The notes beneath the pieces are model-generated. The model did no database searches. It worked only from the letters and a program-made list of their open reading frames with translations, and was not told where the DNA came from. Positions 1 through 9,129 of a stretch of 64,000 nucleotides of DNA are shown here, one piece after another (the stretch's first letter is position 1; each line of letters opens with the position of its first letter). Source of the stretch: an uncultured Clostridia bacterium (GTDB lineage: Bacteria; Bacillota; Clostridia; TANB77; CAG-508); assembly GCA_934184665.1 (NCBI GenBank), contig CAKPSX010000004.1, positions 728-64,727 on the forward strand, in the 5' to 3' direction. The position numbers and the translations under genes were made by a program.

Positions 1-636
1 TTATCAAATAAATATGAATTTATGTATTCAATATGTGGCATTTCTCCAAATGATATTCCACAATCTGAAGAAAAACTGTGGAAAGATATAGAAGAAATTT
101 CAAAAATAATTAAACAAAATAATAACAAAAAATTAGTTGCAATTGGAGAAATAGGATTAGACTATTATTGGGAAAAAGAAAATAAAGAATTACAAAAACA
201 GGCATTTATTGCACAAATAAAATTAGCAAATGAGTTAAATCTACCAATAGTAATACATTCAAGAGATGCATCAGTAGATACGATACAAATATTAAAAGAT
301 AATCCTGTGAATAAAAAAGGAATATTTCATTGTTGCCAATTAAATCAAGAATTAGTAAGACAAGCATTAGAATTGGGCTTTTATATTTCTTTTGCAGGAC
401 CAATAACATTTAAAAATTCGAAAAATGCACCAGACGTAGTAAAAATGGTTCCATTAGAGAAAATACTTATAGAAACTGATAGCCCATATTTATCACCAGA
501 ACCTAATAGAGGAAAAAGAAATGACTCAAGAAATGTGAAGTATGTGGCTGAAAAGATTGCGGAAATAAGAGATACAAGCATTGGAGAAATAGCAAAAATT
601 ACATATGAGAATGCAATAAGGATTTTTAATATATAG
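1..636 (+). CDS. tatD: TatD-family metal-dependent hydrolase/DNase (5' end cut by window edge)
   Basis: The frame is open from nt 1, with no stop before the listed ATG at 22. Motifs GEIGLDYYW, VIHSRDA and ETDSPYLSP are typical of TatD/YabD. Confidence 0.8.
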   Translation, partial: LSNKYEFMYSICGISPNDIPQSEEKLWKDIEEISKIIKQNNNKKLVAIGEIGLDYYWEKENKELQKQAFIAQIKLANELNLPIVIHSRDASVDTIQILKDNPVNKKGIFHCCQLNQELVRQALELGFYISFAGPITFKNSKNAPDVVKMVPLEKILIETDSPYLSPEPNRGKRNDSRNVKYVAEKIAEIRDTSIGEIAKITYENAIRIFNI

Positions 637-639
637 GAT

Positions 640-1212
640 GTGAAAAAAATGTATGATAATTGGGAACAATTAGAAGAACAAGCTAAACAATGTAAAAAAT
701 GTAGATTATGCCAAAATAGAAATAATGTAGTTTTTGGAACAGGAAATAAAAATGCAAGATTAATGTTTATAGGTGAAGGACCTGGAGCAGACGAGGATAT
801 TCAAGGAATACCATTTGTAGGTAAGGCAGGGAAATTAATGAATTGTGCATTTGAAGCGATTGGATTAAAAAGAGAAGACGTGTATATAGCAAATATAGTA
901 AAATGTAGGCCACCGTCTAATAGAAATCCAGAAGAAGATGAAGCTAATGCATGTTTAAATTATTTAAGAAATCAAGTAATATTAGTAAAACCACAAATAA
1001 TAGTTTTATTAGGGAGTGTTGCATTAAAGAATATTCTGGGCAAAGAATATGGGATTACAGCAAGCAGAGGAAAATGGTTTGAAAAAAAAGGCATATTATA
1101 TATGCCAACTTGGCATCCAGCTGCACTTTTAAGAGATGAAACTAAAAAAATTGATTTTATAAGAGATTTCCAAGAAGTTCTAATAAAACTTGATAAAGAG
1201 GAAATAAAATAA
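640..1212 (+). CDS. Uracil-DNA glycosylase, family 4 (Fe-S type)
   Basis: CKKCRLC cysteine cluster plus the GEGPGADED and FVGKAGKLM motifs and a C-terminal WHPAALLR, the pattern of family-4 UDG. Confidence 0.85.
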   Translation: MKKMYDNWEQLEEQAKQCKKCRLCQNRNNVVFGTGNKNARLMFIGEGPGADEDIQGIPFVGKAGKLMNCAFEAIGLKREDVYIANIVKCRPPSNRNPEEDEANACLNYLRNQVILVKPQIIVLLGSVALKNILGKEYGITASRGKWFEKKGILYMPTWHPAALLRDETKKIDFIRDFQEVLIKLDKEEIK

Positions 1213-1259
1213 TTATAAGAATTATTGTAATTTACATACAAGGAAGGAATGTAATATAA

Positions 1260-2507
1260 ATGGAAGAAATAAAAGAAAAATCAGAATATTGTTTAAATTG
1301 CAAAATAAAGCCATGTTCAAATAAAGGATGCCCATTAGGAAATAACATACCAACATTTATAAAAGCTATAAAGGAAGAAGATTATAAGAAAGCATATGAG
1401 ATATTATCAGAAACGACTGTGCTTGAGGCTGTGTGTGGAAGAATCTGCCCACATACAAAACAATGTGAAGGCTCATGTGTAAGAGGAATAAAATCGAATC
1501 CCGTAAGTATAGGAGAATTAGAGGCACTTGTAGGGGATATATCTATAAAAGAAAGTTATAAAATACCACAAAATAATATTAGTAATAAAAATAAAAAAAT
1601 TGCGATAATTGGTGGTGGTCCAGCAGGATTAACAGCAAGTGCATTTTTATTAAAAGAAGGATATTCTGTAACATTATATGAGAAATATAATTATCTCGGA
1701 GGGCTTTTAGTACATGGAATTCCTGAGTTTAGACTACCAAAAAATACAGTAAAAGATACAATACAAAAGATTATAGACTTAGGGCTTGAAGTAAAATACA
1801 ATATGGAACTAGGAAAAGATTTTTCTATACAGGAATTAGAAAGTAAATATGATGCAATATTTTTAGCATTTGGGGCAAATATTTCAGCGAAGATGGGAAT
1901 AGATGGTGAAGACCTTGAAGGAGTATACGGAGGAAATCAATTACTGGAATATAATAGCCATCCAGACTATAAAAATAAAAAAGTTGCAATAATTGGTGGT
2001 GGTAATGTTGCAATGGATTGTGCTAGAACAGTTAAAAAACTAGGGGCAGAAGAAGTAAGCGTTATATATAGAAGAGCAGAAGAGCAAATGCCAGCAGAAA
2101 CAAAAGAGATCGAAGAAGCAAAAGAAGAAGGTGTAAAATTTATATTTCAAAATAATTTAGTAAAAATACTAGGAAATAATAAAGTTGAACAAATAGAATT
2201 AATAAAAACAGAATTAGTACAGAAAGAAGGAGAAACAAGAAAATCTCCAGTAAATATTCCAGATAGTAATTATATTATTGATATGGATTATGTGATAATG
2301 GCATTAGGTTCACATCCTGAACAGTTTGTATCTCAATTAGGACTTGAATTAACTGAAAAAGGTTATATAAAGATTGATGAAAATAACAGAACATCAAATG
2401 AAAAGATATTTGCTGGTGGTGACTTGGCAGGTGCTAAAGGAACAGTTGCATGGGCCGCACGCTCAGGGAGAGATACAGTAGAGGCAATAATAGAATATTT
2501 ATCTTAA
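1260..2507 (+). CDS. GltD-like NAD(P)H-dependent Fe-S/FAD oxidoreductase (glutamate synthase small-chain family)
   Basis: N-terminal Cys clusters (CLNCKIKPCSNKGCP, CGRICPHTKQCEGSC) and two Rossmann motifs (IIGGGPAGL, IIGGGNVAMD). Confidence 0.8.
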   Translation: MEEIKEKSEYCLNCKIKPCSNKGCPLGNNIPTFIKAIKEEDYKKAYEILSETTVLEAVCGRICPHTKQCEGSCVRGIKSNPVSIGELEALVGDISIKESYKIPQNNISNKNKKIAIIGGGPAGLTASAFLLKEGYSVTLYEKYNYLGGLLVHGIPEFRLPKNTVKDTIQKIIDLGLEVKYNMELGKDFSIQELESKYDAIFLAFGANISAKMGIDGEDLEGVYGGNQLLEYNSHPDYKNKKVAIIGGGNVAMDCARTVKKLGAEEVSVIYRRAEEQMPAETKEIEEAKEEGVKFIFQNNLVKILGNNKVEQIELIKTELVQKEGETRKSPVNIPDSNYIIDMDYVIMALGSHPEQFVSQLGLELTEKGYIKIDENNRTSNEKIFAGGDLAGAKGTVAWAARSGRDTVEAIIEYLS

Positions 2508-2544
2508 AAATAAATTAATAAATAAGATTTATAAAATAGGTATC

Positions 2545-2576
2545 AAAAAAACAATAGTTTTTACTATTGTTTTTTT
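2545..2576. terminator. Bidirectional hairpin terminator
   Basis: aaaaaaacaatag-ttttt-ctattgttttttt: an A-run, a perfect stem and a T-run between convergent genes. Confidence 0.6.
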
Positions 2577-2583
2577 GTGTCAG

Positions 2584-2862
2584 CTTTTGTAATTTTATAT
2601 TTATCTTTTGTAAGCTTAATAAATTTTAATAATTTTATCATTTGTAAAGGTTAGGTAAGGCTCTTTTGTACAATTATCATTTGTATAAATTAGGTATAAG
2701 GTTCTTTTGTATAATTGTCATTTGTAAAAGTTAGGTAAGATTCTTTTGTGTATTTATCTTATGTATAGATAATTAGAATCTTTTGTAAATACTATAATGT
2801 ATCATAAGTAAACTAAAAGTCTTTTGTATAATAACAATCATTTGTATTTTAAAATCTTTAGT
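2584..2862. repeat. Array of about 7 degenerate ~40-bp direct repeats (iteron-like)
   Basis: CTTTTGT occurs at 2584, 2605, 2663, 2704, 2743, 2780 and 2821. The second box CATTTGT occurs at 2639, 2678, 2719 and 2839. TTAGGTA(A/T) follows in the three best units (2661-2741). The region is non-coding. Confidence 0.7.
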
Positions 2863-3947
2863 TAATTATGTATTTTTTCTCCTGTTACGAAGTTTTTAAT
2901 TGCTCCGAATAAAGAAACAAATCTTTTGGGTTTCTTTGTACATTCAAGAGCAGTTTCGATACCGCCATTTTCAAGTATGTTAGATTTATGTTCAAGTGCG
3001 GTCATCTTTTCTGTATAGTAATTATCATAAAAAGTATAATCATCAGTACGACCAATCAACTCTTTATAATATTCTAAGCTTTTTCTATAATTATCAAGTT
3101 CTTCTAAATCATTAATATTTTTAAAAGCTTTATCAAAATATTCTTTAATTATAATATCTTGAGCTTTTATAAAATACTCATTAATATTTAACTTGATATT
3201 ATCAATTTTTTTAACTAGTTTTTCAACCTTTTTATTTCGTTCGTCATAACTATAAAACTTATTTGTTAATTTAATTATAGTTTCTTCAAACTCTAAAATT
3301 CTGTCTATATAATATTCAATATTATTATAGGCTTTTTCAGAAGTTAGTTCAATAAATTTATTCTTGAACTTATCATTGCTAGTCATAGTGCTATCAAATA
3401 AAACTTCTTCACCTGTAATATATGCCATTTGTTCAATCAAATTACATTCTAATGGATAATATGAAGGGCTTAAAGTTCTAAAAGAAATGCCAAAATATTT
3501 AACATAGTCTTTTTCGATACCAATAACTTTTGAAGTCATATATTGTACGGCTGCTTCATTTAATCCCATACCTAATATTCTAAAATTATCAAAATTACAT
3601 AATCCCATACGAACAAGATTATTTCTTTTATCTTTAATTTCTTGAATATAATGTATGCACTCATGAATTGCAAACTCTTCTAAATCATCATTTGTAATTT
3701 TATCATTAAAATATATAGATGTATTTTTGTAAAAGTAATTAGCTTCTGCCATACCATCAGGCATACTTGCTCTATACATTTTAAGCTTTGACAATTTTGC
3801 GAATAAGTCATTTTCACTGAAAGAAAGTTCAGGAAAAGTCTCGCAAAGTTTAGTGGCAATATTATGTGCTATTTTATTTACAGATACTGTATCAAGAATA
3901 TTAACTACTCTTATTCCATCTTTCCTTAAGTCAGATTCAATGCTCAT
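2862..3947 (-). CDS. Putative zinc metallopeptidase (HExxH, gluzincin-like) with a long coiled-coil-like C-terminal half
   Basis: The listed ORF is 2862..3989. GGAGG lies 5 nt upstream of the ATG at 3947, so that start is preferred. FAIHECIHY (HExxH) is followed about 30 aa later by GLNEAAVQY. The C-terminal half is K/E/N/Y-rich. The gene is divergent from an XRE gene, as in ImmA/IrrE-type pairs. Confidence 0.55.
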   Translation of the reverse strand: MSIESDLRKDGIRVVNILDTVSVNKIAHNIATKLCETFPELSFSENDLFAKLSKLKMYRASMPDGMAEANYFYKNTSIYFNDKITNDDLEEFAIHECIHYIQEIKDKRNNLVRMGLCNFDNFRILGMGLNEAAVQYMTSKVIGIEKDYVKYFGISFRTLSPSYYPLECNLIEQMAYITGEEVLFDSTMTSNDKFKNKFIELTSEKAYNNIEYYIDRILEFEETIIKLTNKFYSYDERNKKVEKLVKKIDNIKLNINEYFIKAQDIIIKEYFDKAFKNINDLEELDNYRKSLEYYKELIGRTDDYTFYDNYYTEKMTALEHKSNILENGGIETALECTKKPKRFVSLFGAIKNFVTGEKIHN

Positions 3948-4021
3948 TACATCCTCCATTTTTTGTCTTTTTGTATGATAAATCGTCAAATATATTATAC
4001 AATATTTTGTCGTAAAAGTGT

Positions 4022-4099
4022 ATTACAATATCATTACATTTATATTACATTTATGTTACAAAAATTTAAATTATTATCTTTTATTTACATATATTGTAA
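4022..4099. promoter_or_regulatory. Operator-like boxes in the divergent promoter region
   Basis: ATTACA at 4022, 4033 and 4044, and GTTACA at 4055, give exact 11-bp steps. A TTACA-N5-TGTAA palindrome follows at 4085-4099. Confidence 0.5.
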
Positions 4100-4187
4100 T
4101 TGGTATACATTTTACTCTATTTGAATACACTACATTTTGAGAAAATACTGTTATACTTCAATAAAATTAGTATTAAGAGGTGATTTC

Positions 4188-4424
4188 ATGTATTTATCAG
4201 ATGCAGTAAGAAATAGGATTAAATATTATCAAGAAAAGAATAATATGAGTCTTTGGGCATTATTTAAATCTTCTGGTGTACCAATGTCAACACTCGCAGC
4301 ATTTATGAGTAAAAGAACAGAACTAATTAAATTAGATACTTTATTGCATATATGTGAAGGCTTTGGCATCACACTAACAGAATTTTTTGAAGATGATATT
4401 TTTAGTGATGTAGAGCAAGATTAA
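4188..4424 (+). CDS. XRE-family helix-turn-helix transcriptional regulator (78 aa)
   Basis: AGAGGTG RBS about 6 nt before the ATG at 4188. MSLWALFKSSGVPMSTLAAFMSKR fits the HTH_3 pattern. The C-terminal tail is acidic. Confidence 0.75.
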   Translation: MYLSDAVRNRIKYYQEKNNMSLWALFKSSGVPMSTLAAFMSKRTELIKLDTLLHICEGFGITLTEFFEDDIFSDVEQD

Positions 4425-4442
4425 AATAATACCGACAAAATG

Positions 4443-4466
4443 GAAGTACTAAGTACTTCTTTTTTG
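4443..4466 (+). terminator. Rho-independent terminator of the XRE gene
   Basis: gaagtact/agtacttc inverted repeat followed by tttttt. Confidence 0.6.
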
Positions 4467-4527
4467 TTATATAAGAAATAATTAAATGCAATATTGAAAA
4501 TAAATATGGGTTGGCATTAAACCAAAG

Positions 4528-4554
4528 AGCAAGAGTTACATCTTGCTTTTTTTT
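4528..4554 (+). terminator. Second terminator-like hairpin
   Basis: agcaaga-gttaca-tcttgct followed by a T7 run, only about 60 nt after the previous terminator. Confidence 0.5.
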
Positions 4555-4671
4555 GGCGTATGGGGTTGAAAAATAATTATAATTGAAAAGAATGAGATAA
4601 AAAATGAATTAGTCATAAAATCACAATAAACAAAATAGATTATAATATCATGGAAAAGGAGGAGAAAAATA

Positions 4672-5436
4672 ATGTTCTTAGTTTTCAACAAAGAAAAAAT
4701 AGACACATATTTAGTAGCAATTTTGACAGTGGCAGTATTGATAGGGATAGCAAGTTTTGATAAAGCAAAAGTGATTCCAACATCTGCAGTAGAGAGGAAT
4801 TTACCAATATATAATGTACAAACAGAGGAAAAAAAGCTTGCATTTACAATGAATTGTGCATGGAATGCAGATGATATTGATCAAATATTAGAAATACTAA
4901 AAAATAATGATGTAAAAATAACTTTTTTCATGGTAGGGGAATGGGTAGACAAATACCCGGATGCAGTAAAGAAAATTTATGAGGCAGGGCATGAAATAGG
5001 TAGTCATAGTAATACACATCCACATGTAAATAATTTAAGTAGTGAGAAAAACTTGGAGGAAATTAAACTAAGTGTAAGTAAGATTGAAAAAATAACAGGA
5101 AGTCAGACTAAATTATATAGAACTCCTTATGGTGAATATAATGATACAGTAATAAAAACAGCCACAGAAAATGGATATTATCCAATCCAATGGGATGTAG
5201 ATACTCTGGATTATGAAGGAAAAACAGGAGATGAAATGTGGGGAAGAATAAAAGGCAAAATAAAAAATGGTTCGATAATATTAAGCCATAATGGAACAAA
5301 ACACACTGCGGAAAGTTTGGATATGTTAATTAAGAATATAAAATCAAAAGGTTTTGAGATTGTTAAGGTGTCAGATTTAATATATCAAGATAATTATAGA
5401 ATTGATAATAATGGTATGCAACTTAAGCAACCGTAA
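4672..5436 (+). CDS. Polysaccharide deacetylase (NodB-domain, PdaB-like)
   Basis: N-terminal TM anchor and a NodB-type core (FTMNCAW..., ITFFMVGEW, GHEIGSHSNTHPH). Size is 254 aa. Confidence 0.8.
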   Translation: MFLVFNKEKIDTYLVAILTVAVLIGIASFDKAKVIPTSAVERNLPIYNVQTEEKKLAFTMNCAWNADDIDQILEILKNNDVKITFFMVGEWVDKYPDAVKKIYEAGHEIGSHSNTHPHVNNLSSEKNLEEIKLSVSKIEKITGSQTKLYRTPYGEYNDTVIKTATENGYYPIQWDVDTLDYEGKTGDEMWGRIKGKIKNGSIILSHNGTKHTAESLDMLIKNIKSKGFEIVKVSDLIYQDNYRIDNNGMQLKQP

Positions 5437-5576
5437 TAAATATGGTAATTAGAAAGATTATAAGTAACCATTAAAATAAGTTTAAATAGCATAAATAATT
5501 CATTTCAGCTAATAAAAATGTATAAGAAGTAAAATAAAGGAAATACTAATATAGAGAAAATAGCAAGGAGAGAGGT

Positions 5577-6089
5577 ATGTTATTAATTGGAATGATTGCT
5601 ACAAAAAAAGATATTCAAGAAATAAAACGAAACATTATAAGTGATGAAATAAATATAATAGGTATTAATGAAGAAAGCATTAATAATTTAAAGAACATAA
5701 AGTTTGATGAAATTATAATAATGAAAAACATAAAACTAAAAGATGAAACATATAAGTATATAGGGGAAATAATATCAAAGGTCAAGTACTTAATAGTAAA
5801 TGTTGATATGGAAATAGATGTATTAAAGAAAACTAAAATAAAAAATCCAATAAAATTAATAACTTTTGGCTTCAATCCAAAAGCCACTATAACAATATCA
5901 AGTGTAAAAGATGATAAGATTATACTATGCTTACAAAGAAACATTGAAAAGACAAATAAGGAGATAATAGAGGCAAAAGAAATAGAAATTAAGAACCCAG
6001 AAAGTAAAAAAATATATAATAATTTAGTGATTTTTATAATAAAAGGGCTCCATAATTTACAAAAAAATGCCACAAATATAGAAGAATAG
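5577..6089 (+). CDS. Hypothetical protein (170 aa)
   Basis: AAGGAGAGAGG RBS and normal K/E/I/N-rich composition. The fully overlapping minus-strand ORF 5615..6103 is an F/I/L/S-rich mirror artefact. Confidence 0.5.
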   Translation: MLLIGMIATKKDIQEIKRNIISDEINIIGINEESINNLKNIKFDEIIIMKNIKLKDETYKYIGEIISKVKYLIVNVDMEIDVLKKTKIKNPIKLITFGFNPKATITISSVKDDKIILCLQRNIEKTNKEIIEAKEIEIKNPESKKIYNNLVIFIIKGLHNLQKNATNIEE

Positions 6090-6237
6090 TAAGAAACAAA
6101 CAAAAAAAGTAGAAAATTTTAACTTTTTATGTAGACAAAACCAAAAAAGTATAGTATAATAGGAAATGTAGAAAATTTTTATAAAAACAAAATGAGAATT
6201 ACAATTGATAAATAAAAAAGGTAGGGAGGAAATAAAA

Positions 6238-6939
6238 TTGGATACAAATTATTTAGAAAACAACTACTTAACATTAGTAGGGAAAGTAACAGGCGAAAAA
6301 AAATTCAGCCATGAAATTTATGGAGAGAAGTTTTACACATTTAACTTATCAATACCACGTTTAAGTGGAAATGCAGACTTAATACCGATAACAGTTTCAG
6401 AAAGAATAATAACAGATGAAATGTTATCAGAAGGTAGAAAACTATTAATAAAAGGTCAATTCAGATCATATAATAGTTATCAAAACGAAAAGAATAAATT
6501 AATCTTAACAGTGTTTGCAAAAGACATACAAGAACTTGAAGAAATTCCAGAACAAGAAGAAAGTGAAATTGTAAAAAAAGAAGAAACAACAAACGAAGTT
6601 GTACTTATCGGTTTTGTATGTAAAAAACCAATTTACAGACAAACACCATTTGGAAGAGAAATTGCAGATTTATTATTAGCAGTAAATAGAGCATATAATA
6701 AATCAGACTATATCCCAACAATCGCATGGGGAAGAAATGCAAGATTCTGTCAAAACCTAGAAGTAGGTGCACAAGTTAAAATAATAGGTAGAGTTCAATC
6801 AAGACAATATGAAAAGAAATATGAAGATGGAACATCAGAAATAAAAGTAGCTTATGAAGTATCTATAAGTAGTTTAGAATTAATAAATGAAGAAAACACA
6901 GAAAATAAAGAAGAAACAGCTGACCAAGAAGCAGTTTAG
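6238..6939 (+). CDS. SSB-like protein with two tandem OB-fold-like halves and an acidic tail
   Basis: GGTAGGGAGGA RBS precedes the TTG at 6238; the listed ORF starts at 6205. The two halves are similar (LTLVGKV...IKGQFRSY and VVLIGFV...IIGRVQSRQYE). The C-terminal E/N-rich tail ends in DQEAV. Confidence 0.6.
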   Translation: MDTNYLENNYLTLVGKVTGEKKFSHEIYGEKFYTFNLSIPRLSGNADLIPITVSERIITDEMLSEGRKLLIKGQFRSYNSYQNEKNKLILTVFAKDIQELEEIPEQEESEIVKKEETTNEVVLIGFVCKKPIYRQTPFGREIADLLLAVNRAYNKSDYIPTIAWGRNARFCQNLEVGAQVKIIGRVQSRQYEKKYEDGTSEIKVAYEVSISSLELINEENTENKEETADQEAV

Positions 6940-6982
6940 AACCAATCTTCTCATAAAGTTTTGACTATAAAAATATATTAGT

Positions 6983-7008
6983 AAAAAAGTGACTAGGTCA
7001 CTTTTTTT
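6983..7008 (+). terminator. Rho-independent terminator
   Basis: aaaaaagtgac-tag-gtcacttttttt. Confidence 0.7.
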
Positions 7009-7168
7009 GCTTATAAAAGTCAAAGTTGTTCTTTGACATAGAATAAATAAAATGATAAAATGAATGAAAATTATTGGTGTTTTGAAATACATATAAAAAA
7101 GAAAACAAGGAATAATGAAATATGTCTATAATTAGATGAAATATAAATTTTAAGGGAGAAGTAATTAG

Positions 7169-8080
7169 ATGGAAAAACATATAGTATCAAGTGAAGAAAA
7201 AGGAAAAAGACTGGACTCATATATTGCAAGTATATGTAATGATATAACCAGAACATCTGCGGAAAGAATGATTAAGAATGGAGAAATTTTAGTTAATGAT
7301 AAAACACAAAAAGTTGCGTATAAAATAAATGAAGGTGATATAATCACAATACAAAAATCTGAGCCAAAGGAAATAGAAATAAAAGCACAAGATATACCAA
7401 TTGAAATAATATATGAAGACAATGATATAATTGTTGTAAATAAGCCAAAAGGAATGGTAGTACATCCTGCAAATGGGAATCCAGACGGAACACTAGTAAA
7501 TGCAATAATGGCAAAATGTAAAAATTCTTTATCAGGAATAGGTGGAGAAATAAGACCAGGTATAGTTCATAGAATAGATAAAGATACATCAGGTTTATTA
7601 ATAATAGCCAAAAATGATACAGCACATGTTAATATGAGTGAACAAATAAAAAATCATGAAGTAAAGAAAACATATATTGCATTAGTCAGGGGAGTAATAA
7701 AGGAAAATGAAGCAACAATAGATATGCCAATAGGAAGAAGTACATCAGATAGAAAAAAGATGGCAGTTAATAGAAATGGAAAGAATGCAGTAACACATAT
7801 AAAAGTGTTAAAAAGATATGACAAATATACACTAGTGGAAGTAAATATAGAAACAGGTAGAACACATCAAATACGTGTACATTTATCACACATCGGTTAT
7901 CCAATAATAGGAGATTATACATATTCAAATGGGAAAAATGAGTTTGGTGTTGAAGGACAATGCTTACATGCAAAATGCTTAGAGTTTAAGCATCCTATAA
8001 CAGGGAAAGAAATGAAACTTGAGGCACCATTGCCACAATATTTTCAAGAAATATTAAATACGTTGGATAATAGAATGTAA
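7169..8080 (+). CDS. rluD: RluA/RluD-family 23S rRNA pseudouridine synthase
   Basis: N-terminal S4 domain (KRLDSYI), catalytic HRIDKDTSGLL motif, and GRTHQIRVH. Confidence 0.9.
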   Translation: MEKHIVSSEEKGKRLDSYIASICNDITRTSAERMIKNGEILVNDKTQKVAYKINEGDIITIQKSEPKEIEIKAQDIPIEIIYEDNDIIVVNKPKGMVVHPANGNPDGTLVNAIMAKCKNSLSGIGGEIRPGIVHRIDKDTSGLLIIAKNDTAHVNMSEQIKNHEVKKTYIALVRGVIKENEATIDMPIGRSTSDRKKMAVNRNGKNAVTHIKVLKRYDKYTLVEVNIETGRTHQIRVHLSHIGYPIIGDYTYSNGKNEFGVEGQCLHAKCLEFKHPITGKEMKLEAPLPQYFQEILNTLDNRM

Positions 8081-8299
8081 TTATTATAAGTAAAAGATAT
8101 CAAGAATAGAAGCGGAAATCTTTTATATAAAAATCCGACAAGAGAGCCTTGCCGGAAGATCTATATAAAGCCTTTTAGAAAAGTAAAAGGAATTAATATA
8201 TATTATGCAACTAAAATAATTATTATAACTTGTATAACACAATAAATTTTAAATAATTATGTTCTAACCTTACGGAAATAAGAAGGGGATGAGAATAAA

Positions 8300-9016
8300 A
8301 TGGAAATGAGATTACAAAAATATTTAGCAGAATGTGGAATTGCATCAAGGAGAAAGTGTGAAGAATATATCATACAAGGCAAAGTAGAAGTAAATGGAAA
8401 AATTGTAACAGAACTAGGGACAAAAATTGATTTTGAAAAAGACAAGATAAAGTTCAATAATAAAGAAATAAAGCCAGAAAAAAAACATGTATATATATTG
8501 TTAAATAAGCCAATCGGTTATGTAACGACAGCAGATGACCAATTTGGAAGAGATACAGTTTTAGATTTAGTAAAAGTAAAAGAAAGAATAGTGCCTGTTG
8601 GAAGATTAGATATGTACACTTCAGGAGCTTTAATATTGACAAATGATGGTGATTTTGTATATAAAGTTACACACCCAAAACATGAAATAAATAAAACATA
8701 TAATGCTACACTAAAGGGAATAATACAAAGCGATGAAGTTGAAAAACTAAGAAATGGCGTGAAAATAGATGATTATACAACAAAACCAGCAAAAGTAAAA
8801 ATATTAAAAACAGATACAGAAAAAGATATATCAAGAATTGAAATTACAATACATGAAGGAAAAAACAGACAGGTAAGGAAAATGTGTGAAGCAATAGGAA
8901 GAAATGTAATTGCACTACATAGAAGTAAAATAGGTTCAATAAATGTAAAAGATCTACCATTAGGAAAATGGAGATATTTAACTTCAAAAGAGGTAAAATC
9001 CATTTCTTGTAAATAA
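8300..9016 (+). CDS. rluB: RsuA/RluB-family pseudouridine synthase
   Basis: S4 domain (RLQKYLAECGIASRRKCE), catalytic GRLDMYTSGALILTNDG, and GKNRQVRKM. Confidence 0.85.
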   Translation: MEMRLQKYLAECGIASRRKCEEYIIQGKVEVNGKIVTELGTKIDFEKDKIKFNNKEIKPEKKHVYILLNKPIGYVTTADDQFGRDTVLDLVKVKERIVPVGRLDMYTSGALILTNDGDFVYKVTHPKHEINKTYNATLKGIIQSDEVEKLRNGVKIDDYTTKPAKVKILKTDTEKDISRIEITIHEGKNRQVRKMCEAIGRNVIALHRSKIGSINVKDLPLGKWRYLTSKEVKSISCK

Positions 9017-9129
9017 TTCACAAAAATTATTGAAAAAGTAAATAAAAAAATATATAATGTAAACAGACAAAAGAGAAAAGGTAAACAGTAAAATAATTTT
9101 AATTGAATTTACCTTAGGAAGGAAAAAAG

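Noticed and set aside
2584-2862. Whether the ~40-bp periodic repeats could be a CRISPR array.
   Set aside because: The repeats are degenerate, AT-rich and bipartite, with no unique spacers of constant length. No cas genes or leader-like organisation are present.
4467-4554. A second terminator about 60 nt after the XRE-gene terminator, suggesting a tiny independent transcript.
   Set aside because: There is no promoter between the two hairpins and only a 4-codon ORF. Most simply these are tandem terminators or a fail-safe stop.
8081-8299. The intergenic region before rluB has two imperfect direct copies of GGAA(g)ATCT..ATATAAA and small hairpins. I considered a riboswitch or sRNA.
   Set aside because: I could identify no recognisable riboswitch core, no clear promoter/terminator pair, and only weak stems.
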